Shown here: positions 56,426 to 64,000 of the stretch, in pieces
Position numbering within the stretch: position 1 is the first letter of the stretch
Layout of the letters: each line of letters opens with the position of its first letter
Virus record (IMG/VR): IMGVR_UViG_3300013137_000014
Source: an uncultured virus (IMG/VR IMGVR_UViG_3300013137_000014)
Taxonomy: Duplodnaviria > Heunggongvirae > Uroviricota > Caudoviricetes
Length of the DNA stretch: 64,000 nt
Direction: 5' to 3' (one strand)
The notes under the pieces: generated by a model
What the model saw: only the letters and a program-made list of their open reading frames with translations
Databases searched by the model: none
What the model was told of the DNA's origin: nothing
Position numbers and translations under genes: made by a program

Positions 56426-57845
56426 TTAGAATGTTATCTCCTTTTAATTTTTCATTTCCTGTAATTAACCAAATAGTTTCAAAATTTTTAAGAAAATTAT
56501 ATCCCTTATAAATATTTTGTATATCTGAATAAAAATCTGTTAGAAATAAAATACTACTAACTTTTTCATATTGTGTTAATAATTCTATTTTGTCAAAAAC
56601 CTCTTTATGAGATGTTCCCCCTCTTCCCTTGATTCCTTTTTTACGAAAGGCACTCATAATTTGTTCTTCAGAAAATAAAGAATTTATTATAATTGTATCA
56701 TGAATAATAGTATCATGTATATATACATACAATGATTTATAGTACATAAAACTATCACTTAATATACCTATAAATTTTCTTAATTCTTCCTCGTTTATTG
56801 AAGCTGAGGAATCTAATCCTGCAACTAATATAAAAGGAGTTTTATTGTATGATTTTCCTTTTAACCTGGGATACTTTTTTATACCCCTTGTTTTTTTGTA
56901 TAGGGGTGTGGGAGGAATAGTTAAATTAGGAAATAACCATGTTTTTTTAGTTTGATTTTGTAAGGGGTATAATAACGTGTTCAAAAGTATTTCATTCCAT
57001 GGAACCTCAATCTTAAATATTTCATTAAATATTTTAGTTAAAAATCCAGGAGTTTCTCCTTTGAGTCTGGCCCAAATTGATTGAATGTTTTCCTGCTTTT
57101 CTTTTATATTATTTGAAATGGATTCTTTTGTTTCACCTTCTTGTATAGGTGGATTATTATCATTTGAAATAATATAACTTTTACCTGTTTCTTTATCTCT
57201 AATTATATGAATCTTGGTTCCTTCAATATTTTCACTGTTCTCAAATTTCAAATTGTGGTTATTGAAATTATTGTCAGATTCATCTACACTATCTAAAGAA
57301 GAATTGTCAGATTTTTCTTTTTGTAATTTATTATCTTTAATACAAAAAGTATTACTAATAAATCTATTTTTTTGGTTTATCAATATATTATAAACATCTT
57401 CTGCACTGCAATTTGGATGTTTAGAATGTATTTCAGGAAAGAATATACATCCTTCAGGAACCTTAATTATTCCCATATTTTCTGCAATTTCTTTACATAA
57501 TCTGTTAACTACATGATCTGTAGCCATTTGCCAGATTTCTAGATCTTTGTTTATTGCTCTAAAAATATGGTTATAAAATATATGTAAAATTTCATGGATT
57601 GCAACAAATAGGAATTCTTGTAAGGTAATGTTATTATGTATCAAAAAGACAATTTTTTTTCCATTAGTGAATCCTAAACTAGAGGTGGGAACACCTAATT
57701 TTTTACAAACTTTCGTATATTCTGAAGAAGAACAATAAATACGTTCTGCTGAATAATAAAAGGACGATAATATGGTTAAATCTGGTCTTCCTACAAAAAT
57801 AATGGTGGCATCAGAAATTATCTTATTAATTTTTTCGATACTCAT
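56394..57845 (-). CDS. HExxH metallopeptidase-like plus vWA-like protein (DUF2201-like), MoxR partner
   Basis: IHEILH...H..R, W..A.D.VVN, LDSSASI, GRGGTS, FLTD. Confidence 0.85.
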   Translation of the reverse strand: MSIEKINKIISDATIIFVGRPDLTILSSFYYSAERIYCSSSEYTKVCKKLGVPTSSLGFTNGKKIVFLIHNNITLQEFLFVAIHEILHIFYNHIFRAINKDLEIWQMATDHVVNRLCKEIAENMGIIKVPEGCIFFPEIHSKHPNCSAEDVYNILINQKNRFISNTFCIKDNKLQKEKSDNSSLDSVDESDNNFNNHNLKFENSENIEGTKIHIIRDKETGKSYIISNDNNPPIQEGETKESISNNIKEKQENIQSIWARLKGETPGFLTKIFNEIFKIEVPWNEILLNTLLYPLQNQTKKTWLFPNLTIPPTPLYKKTRGIKKYPRLKGKSYNKTPFILVAGLDSSASINEEELRKFIGILSDSFMYYKSLYVYIHDTIIHDTIIINSLFSEEQIMSAFRKKGIKGRGGTSHKEVFDKIELLTQYEKVSSILFLTDFYSDIQNIYKGYNFLKNFETIWLITGNEKLKGDNILNGCSTKFFNI

Positions 57846-57858
57846 ATTTAGGTACCTT

Positions 57859-59079
57859 TCAGTATTGTTTAATAATACTAAAATCCACCTGCATATTTTT
57901 TATAACGCTGGAATCTATTTCATGGTTATTTATCATACTTTTTATAATATCTAGTCCTGAAATCAAATTTAATTTTTCGTTAGTAGTTTTTCCACACAAA
58001 TGATACATCATTTTTATTGACAACTCTTTATTATTATTCATAAAATAGTTTAGTACTTTAATAAAACTATTGGATGCATTTTTATCATTTAAATCAAGTG
58101 ATTTTCTTTGGTAAAACTCACTAACTACAATTGTACTATATGCCATTTTTCTAATCGGATCTTCTGGAACATTTAATATTCCTTTATCAAATAAAGGAGA
58201 TACATCAATATCTTTATAAATTAGTAAATATTCAATAAATTTATTTGCAGGACCCGATCCAACACAACCTTCAAGTGCACATCTCATTATATTTTGAAGT
58301 TTTGGATCGGTTTTAATCTCATCCATTTTATTTGTTTTTTCAAGATTCCATAAAAATTCTGACACTCCTTGATCCCATGATCTTGGACTAGCAAATTGTT
58401 CAAAATTAGATTCCTCTGTGCAAAAATAGGATTCATGGTCAATTATGCTGAAAAAACTACATATAGTATCATGTACTCCATTTGGTACGGCATAATTTTG
58501 TAACCAAAATTTAACATCTGGCTCTGCATATAAGGCCATACATCTATTTCTTATGGCTGTAAATGTAATTCTAGCTCCGGCCATAGGTGTTTCATTTCCA
58601 GCTAAAATTATTGCCACATTGTTTGGTATTTTGTGTCCGCTTATACTATTATGTGTAAATAATTCAAATTGTATGTTTTGCACAGCCTCCGAACATGTAT
58701 GAATATCATCCATAAAACAAATTACCCCGTTCGGATTTTGCTCGGACATTTCCCAAAGTTTACAAACTAATTCTGGCATTGACCATTCAGTAGTAAGAGT
58801 TTCTTTTTGAGAAATTATTTTAATATTACTATCGGGTAAGCCTCCAAATTTTTCTTCTCTTTCTAAACCAGGTTCGCATGGTAAAACTGCAAAACCTTTT
58901 TTGGACGCATAATATATAATCATTTCTGTTTTTCCAATTCCCGGAGAAGATATAATCCAAGGAATTAAAAATTTTTTGGTAGGATTTTCAATCTTTCTTT
59001 TAGCCATTTGTAACGCCAAGAAAACAGCATTTTGTATAGAGGTTGAAGAATGTTTTATAGTTTTCATTCCGCCATTCAT
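57859..59079 (-). CDS. MoxR-like AAA+ ATPase
   Basis: SPGIGKT, FMDD, ILAGN, AIRNR, FASPRSW. Confidence 0.85.
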   Translation of the reverse strand: MNGGMKTIKHSSTSIQNAVFLALQMAKRKIENPTKKFLIPWIISSPGIGKTEMIIYYASKKGFAVLPCEPGLEREEKFGGLPDSNIKIISQKETLTTEWSMPELVCKLWEMSEQNPNGVICFMDDIHTCSEAVQNIQFELFTHNSISGHKIPNNVAIILAGNETPMAGARITFTAIRNRCMALYAEPDVKFWLQNYAVPNGVHDTICSFFSIIDHESYFCTEESNFEQFASPRSWDQGVSEFLWNLEKTNKMDEIKTDPKLQNIMRCALEGCVGSGPANKFIEYLLIYKDIDVSPLFDKGILNVPEDPIRKMAYSTIVVSEFYQRKSLDLNDKNASNSFIKVLNYFMNNNKELSIKMMYHLCGKTTNEKLNLISGLDIIKSMINNHEIDSSVIKNMQVDFSIIKQY

Positions 59080-59084
59080 TTCGT

Positions 59085-60068
59085 TTAAACCTTTCCTTCC
59101 TTACAGATATTCAACAAGTGTTTTTTATTCTTATTCCAAAATTCCAATGCTCCTTCATTCATCTTATCAATTTCTTCATCCGTGAAATTTTCCCATTCTT
59201 CAAATGAATGGAGTTCACATCCAATTTTCATATGTTCGTCAAGTATCAACACAAACCATCTAAGTCGTCCAGTAACCTGAATGGGTTCCTTCGAGATAGG
59301 AACTCCTTTACCATAGGTGGTATTCTCGAATTTGGCTTCTCGAAGATCTGTTCCTCGAAGAAATGCTTCTTGAAGGTCTGCTCCTTGAAAATCTACTTCT
59401 TGAAGATTTGCTTCTCTAAGATTTGCTTCTAGAAGTTTTGCTTTTCGAAGACTTGCTCCTCTAAGATTTGCTCTCCAAAGATCTGCTTTCTCAAGATATG
59501 CTTCTCTAAGATATGCTCCTTGAAGGTTTGCGTATTGAAGATTTGCTTTATAAAGGTTTGCGTATCGAAGGTCTACTACTGGAAGTTTTGCTCCTTGAAG
59601 GTTTGCTTTTTGGAGGTCTACTCCCCAAAGATCTGCTCCTTGAAGATTCGCTCTCCAAAGACTTGCTCCTCTAAGATTTGCTCTCCAAAGATCTGCTTTC
59701 TGAAGATTTGCTCCTTGAAGATTTACTCCTTGAAGATTTACTCCTTGAAGATTTGCTTCTCGAAGACTTGCTTCTTGAAGATTTGCTTCTTGAAAATTTA
59801 CTCCTTGGAAGTTTGCTCCTTGGAGGTTTGCTCCTTGCAGATCTGCGTCTTGAAGATTTGCTCCTCTAAGATCTGCTTTCTCAAGATCTGCTTTCTCAAG
59901 ATTTACTCCTTGAAGATTTACTTTTTGAAAATGTTCTCCTTGAAGATACGCTTCTGATAAATCTGGAGTAATTCCAGGATTTTCTTTCCTCCATTGATTC
60001 CAATTTTCAACCCCTGATTTAAGAATTGCGAGATGCTCTGAATTCATTTTCTTTTTCTTCCTTTTCAT
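59085..60068 (-). CDS. pentapeptide-repeat protein
   Basis: Long A(N/D)LxG array; C-terminal IGCELHS.EEW..F domain. Confidence 0.93.
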   Translation of the reverse strand: MKRKKKKMNSEHLAILKSGVENWNQWRKENPGITPDLSEAYLQGEHFQKVNLQGVNLEKADLEKADLRGANLQDADLQGANLQGANFQGVNFQEANLQEASLREANLQGVNLQGVNLQGANLQKADLWRANLRGASLWRANLQGADLWGVDLQKANLQGAKLPVVDLRYANLYKANLQYANLQGAYLREAYLEKADLWRANLRGASLRKAKLLEANLREANLQEVDFQGADLQEAFLRGTDLREAKFENTTYGKGVPISKEPIQVTGRLRWFVLILDEHMKIGCELHSFEEWENFTDEEIDKMNEGALEFWNKNKKHLLNICKEGKV

Positions 60069-60101
60069 CTATTTTTGCACATCACCAATAATTTCTTTTT
60101 T

Positions 60102-60830
60102 TTAAGCTTTCCTAGGAATATAATAATTCATAATTGATTGACAAAAAGGCCACATATATATTTTCCAGTATTTTAATTTGTCAATTTCGCTATTATCGAT
60201 TAAATTAGTTGATTTTCTTTCAATAATAATATCATATCCTTTTAAATAAACAAGAAAATCACTATTTTTATGAGGTATCAAAAAATATTCTATATTATGT
60301 GATTTAAAATAAGCTTGTCTTATTTTCTCAATACTTTGACAAATATTTTTTGGACTACTATAATTAATGTGATTGAAAAAATTATAGAAGGAAAGGTTAT
60401 ATGGTTTATTTAATATTCCTTTTACATACATTTTAGCATCAATATTATAAAGAAAAGATTTTCGATTTGGAGATATGATTAATTTATTTATTTTACCTTC
60501 ATATCTTATGGGGAGGGATAATAACTTAGTATTTAAAATTTTAGAACAAATAAAACCGTCTCTTTGTATAACGGCTATTTGATCCATATTAATATTATTT
60601 CTTTGCAAAAAACTCTCAATAGATAAATCTACCATGGAAATAAAATAGGAAGATAAAGTTGGATTCTTTTTTTGAATTAACCCTATCTTCCTATTTCTTA
60701 ATTCTTTATCGTCTCTAAAAGATTTTGGTAACTCCTCCAATCCCAAAGAATTCATTAAATTAAAATAACAAGATGATATATCATATTGAAATAGATTTTC
60801 TTTTATTATTTCTTTACATAGTATTTTCAT
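60102..60830 (-). CDS. minimal family-B DNA-polymerase-like palm protein
   Basis: YDISSCY (motif A), K..RN..IG (motif B), IQRDGFI (motif C). Confidence 0.55.
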   Translation of the reverse strand: MKILCKEIIKENLFQYDISSCYFNLMNSLGLEELPKSFRDDKELRNRKIGLIQKKNPTLSSYFISMVDLSIESFLQRNNINMDQIAVIQRDGFICSKILNTKLLSLPIRYEGKINKLIISPNRKSFLYNIDAKMYVKGILNKPYNLSFYNFFNHINYSSPKNICQSIEKIRQAYFKSHNIEYFLIPHKNSDFLVYLKGYDIIIERKSTNLIDNSEIDKLKYWKIYMWPFCQSIMNYYIPRKA

Positions 60831-61476
60831 TACATATCGTTTTTAGCAATAATAGTTCTTGTATTTGAATTATCTTAATCATGTAGTATGGATCAACTGT
60901 TTCGAAAAATAGTTTATCTAACTTTATATGTATATCTTTTAAGGTTTGGCATTCTTCTAAAAGTTTGCCAAATTTCTTGGAAACACTTACTAAAATTACT
61001 TTTTCCCTATCAGTTAACCTAGAATCTGGATTTTTATAATCTGTTAGTTGTCTAAGATTAAAATTTTCTTCCATTACAGTGGAAGGTTTACTAGAAGTTT
61101 GTATAAATATAGGATAATGAATACCTTCTACATTTTGTGTTATATAAATAATTTTCTTATGATCGTTAAATGTAATATAACAAATATATCTATAGTTATT
61201 TTCTTCTTGAAAAATCATAATACCATTATTATAAGATTTATTACAAGTATTATTAATTCGTATATTGGGTTTAACGGATGTACTGGTATTCATTAATGGT
61301 ATTGAATGTTCTTTAGTACTAATTTTTATATCAGTATATTCAGGATATTTTATAGATAAAACAATTGAATTATTATTAAAATTTTCAATACTATCAAATA
61401 AGGAATTTATTATTTTAATATCATTAGTATAATTACATAAATCATTCCAATTAAAATTTTTTATGGATAGCATCAT
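60814..61476 (-). CDS. hypothetical protein
   Basis: 220-aa ORF with AAGGA RBS. Confidence 0.65.
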   Translation of the reverse strand: MMLSIKNFNWNDLCNYTNDIKIINSLFDSIENFNNNSIVLSIKYPEYTDIKISTKEHSIPLMNTSTSVKPNIRINNTCNKSYNNGIMIFQEENNYRYICYITFNDHKKIIYITQNVEGIHYPIFIQTSSKPSTVMEENFNLRQLTDYKNPDSRLTDREKVILVSVSKKFGKLLEECQTLKDIHIKLDKLFFETVDPYYMIKIIQIQELLLLKTICNENTM

Positions 61477-61493
61477 ATTTTGTTTCCTTCATT

Positions 61494-62096
61494 TTAAAGT
61501 TTTAAAAACTCGGATTTAATTGTACTACATGTTTCAAAGATTCCTCTAACTGCTGATGTAACAACCCAACATTCAGAAGATGTTTCCACTCCACGACATA
61601 GCATACAACCATGTTGACCCTTAACAATTACCCCACAACCTTCAGGTTCTAAAAACTCTACAAAATAATCAACTATTTTTGTAGTAAGATCTTCTTGTAG
61701 AATGGGGGCCTTTGCCAACAGTTTTATCATTCTAGGAATTTTACTTAATCCTACAGCATGTCCTCCTGTTTTTGGCATATATCCAAATGTTGCTTTATAA
61801 GATACCGTTTCAAAATGGTGGGGGCATACTCCATAAGCGTCTATAGGACCTACTTTAATTAATCCATTATAATTAGTCGGAAATGTTTTGGATAATATCT
61901 CTTTAATTTCTTTTCTCGGATTTATACCTCTGCACTTTTCCAGAATCAAGGCCTTGGCAATTCTAGAAGGAGTTTCATCAAAGTTAACATCATTTTGATA
62001 ATCCAATTGATAGACTAAAGACAAGGCAGGAAAAATATATTTTTCCCATCCTGTTTTAACCATATCTAAAGCAGTTTCAACATTAGTATCATTCAT
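61494..62096 (-). CDS. folE: GTP cyclohydrolase I
   Basis: ETPSR, CPHH, GLSKIPR, LQEDLT, HGCMLCRGV. Confidence 0.95.
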   Translation of the reverse strand: MNDTNVETALDMVKTGWEKYIFPALSLVYQLDYQNDVNFDETPSRIAKALILEKCRGINPRKEIKEILSKTFPTNYNGLIKVGPIDAYGVCPHHFETVSYKATFGYMPKTGGHAVGLSKIPRMIKLLAKAPILQEDLTTKIVDYFVEFLEPEGCGVIVKGQHGCMLCRGVETSSECWVVTSAVRGIFETCSTIKSEFLKL

Positions 62097-62168
62097 ATAT
62101 ATCTCCTATATTATAAAATTATGAGTAATACAAAATATATTGTATGAGTTAAAAAAATCACCAAAACT

Positions 62169-64000
62169 TCATTCTTTTTTTATCTGTATTCCAACAGTCT
62201 TAAGATTGCTTTCCAATAAATCTAAAGAAATCGGTTTTTCTTCATTTAACTCCTCATCTTCCTCATATAATCTGGGGTTTTGTAAAATTTTAGACAATTC
62301 TTTATTTTTTAATCCACTAGAATCTGAATGAATTGTTAAAAAATCTGTTAGTAGGTTTAAAGCATCATATCCAATTAAAGCCCAAACTTCCATTTCTCCC
62401 AATCTGTGGCCACCTTGATTACTTTTTCCACCTAGGGGTTGTAACGTTCGTTTGGAATACGGACCAATAGATCTTACAGACATTTTTTCTGTAGCTCTGT
62501 GCACTAATTTTAAAAAATACATATATCCACAAGCGATAGGATTTGTTATAGTTATTTTAGATTCTGGATCATAAATTTGATATTTATCAATTATATTATT
62601 AATATAAAAATCAATTAATTCTTTTTCAGTCATACTATCTGGATTTTCAGGATAGTTTCTCATTAGTCCAACATAACCCATACATTGCATTAATTCCTCA
62701 AAATTTATACTTTGAAAAGCTGGTTGTATTAAAGTTATATTTTGAATAGCATATTTAATTCCGTGTTCTTTCCGTCTTTTTTCAAAATCATTCAAAATAA
62801 TTTCCGTTACCCACTTATTTTTCGTTTTATCAATTATTTCAAGAAACCCTTTAAGAACTTTGCATATTTCAATATCTGAATCTTCTTTTGTCTGATCTAA
62901 TAAATTATACTTTAATTGGTTTAAGCATTCAGTTAAATGTAGTTCATATATTTGACCTACATTCATTCTACTAATTATACCAAGAGGATTTAGTATTAAT
63001 TCAAATTTTCTTCCATCTGGAGTATTAGGCATAAGTTCATCTGGTAGTATACGACTAATTGTTCCTTTATTACCATGCCTATTGGAAAGTTTATCCCCAT
63101 TATTCAATTTCTCCATATATATAGCAGTAATTTTAATATGACATCCTTTAATTCTCTTACTATCAATAGTATATTTTCCAAGATTTTCTGAAATATTTAA
63201 TCTACTTAGTGTATTCTCCAAAATAGAATTTGCTTTTTCTTTTCCAAGATGTGAAATTAATTTTTCTCGTATAGAATTATATCGTTTATTCTCTTTATTT
63301 ATAAATTTTTCGAGAAATCCATTATAATCTTCAATATTACGATTAAAATTATTGGGATATATTTCAATATTAACTATTTTACAATCGACAGGAGCAGTTT
63401 TTTCTAAGGGTTCTATATTTATCATCTCTAAATCTGCATCCATATCTATAGTTTTTAATTTGGCGAATATTTCACCCTTTTTTAGAAAATCATTAATTTC
63501 TGGTAGGGGTTTATATGTTCCAGAATCTAAACTAAGTAATACTTGAGTTGAATCAATATCAAATGATAAATCTACAATATGTATACTCTTAAATTTTTCA
63601 CTGGCTGATTTACTAATAATTATACCATCATCAACATTCCAACCTTTCCAAGAACAAATTCCAACCAATAAATTTCTTCCTAATTGTAAACTACCATTTC
63701 TTAAAAATAGAGATTCACAAAGTATTTCTCCTTTCTGAAATGTATCTCCCTCATTCTTTTTAGGTATCATATAGTCCATTATACTTTCTTTAAAGAAAGG
63801 TTTTATATATGCACCTTCATTTAGATTATCATAATGAATAATCATTCCATCTTCATTTAAAGTTAATACCTTACCATTATCCTTTGCCCGACATAAGAAA
63901 GTACCACTATCAACAAACATATCTTCTGTACCAGATCTAATAAGAGGTTCATCTGTTTCAGATAATAATATTGTTTGTTTAACTTGACTAGAAGCCATTT
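62169..64000 (-). CDS. rpoB: phage multisubunit RNA polymerase beta subunit (C-terminal portion; probably continues beyond the window)
   Basis: GWNVDDGIIIS, GDKLSNRHGNKG, NPLGIISRMNVGQ, YFLKLVH, RSIGPYS, QPLGG, GHRLGEMEVWAL. Confidence 0.92.
   Translation of the reverse strand, partial: MASSQVKQTILLSETDEPLIRSGTEDMFVDSGTFLCRAKDNGKVLTLNEDGMIIHYDNLNEGAYIKPFFKESIMDYMIPKKNEGDTFQKGEILCESLFLRNGSLQLGRNLLVGICSWKGWNVDDGIIISKSASEKFKSIHIVDLSFDIDSTQVLLSLDSGTYKPLPEINDFLKKGEIFAKLKTIDMDADLEMINIEPLEKTAPVDCKIVNIEIYPNNFNRNIEDYNGFLEKFINKENKRYNSIREKLISHLGKEKANSILENTLSRLNISENLGKYTIDSKRIKGCHIKITAIYMEKLNNGDKLSNRHGNKGTISRILPDELMPNTPDGRKFELILNPLGIISRMNVGQIYELHLTECLNQLKYNLLDQTKEDSDIEICKVLKGFLEIIDKTKNKWVTEIILNDFEKRRKEHGIKYAIQNITLIQPAFQSINFEELMQCMGYVGLMRNYPENPDSMTEKELIDFYINNIIDKYQIYDPESKITITNPIACGYMYFLKLVHRATEKMSVRSIGPYSKRTLQPLGGKSNQGGHRLGEMEVWALIGYDALNLLTDFLTIHSDSSGLKNKELSKILQNPRLYEEDEELNEEKPISLDLLESNLKTVGIQIKKE

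Noticed and set aside
53524..59957. + strand Leu-rich and KICS-repeat ORFs (53524, 53636, 59520, 59678)
   Set aside because: They are antisense shadows of the pentapeptide-repeat genes.
50403..64000. Inteins or group I introns in terminase or RNAP beta
   Set aside because: Motif spacing is compact and no intein or intron signatures are visible.

Overview
This 64 kb, strongly AT-rich window is part of a large contractile-tailed (myovirus-like) jumbo phage genome that uses the standard genetic code. The + strand carries a T4 gp23-like major capsid gene followed by a free-standing endonuclease, then an accessory block. That block includes GDP-fucose synthase, a divergent serpin, Tmk-like, DEDDh exonuclease, HAD nucleotidase, deoxyribosyltransferase, RNA ligase, HD and vWA genes. 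Further on come PAAR, baseplate, sheath and tube genes, PIN-PhoH, Hsp20 and a 1910-aa tape-measure-like protein; three tRNAs are scattered along this strand. From about 50.4 kb the - strand carries the large terminase, a DGQH/ParB-like protein, pentapeptide-repeat paralogs, a MoxR-vWA pair, a minimal PolB-like palm, FolE and a phage RNA polymerase beta subunit that is cut by the window edge. The most notable observations are: (1) two recurrent intergenic motifs that separate structural from non-structural genes (GGAYAAA..AAA and ATTATATATATTAAA), which are candidate promoters for the phage RNAP; (2) a phage-encoded serpin; (3) a likely programmed frameshift at TTT-TTT-CGA in the tail chaperone pair; (4) D-S/T-S/T motifs in virion proteins together with a GDP-fucose synthase, suggesting possible virion glycosylation; (5) a sigma54/IHF-like promoter before hsp20; (6) unexplained structured intergenic elements. 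All product calls come from motif recognition by eye; no searches were run.
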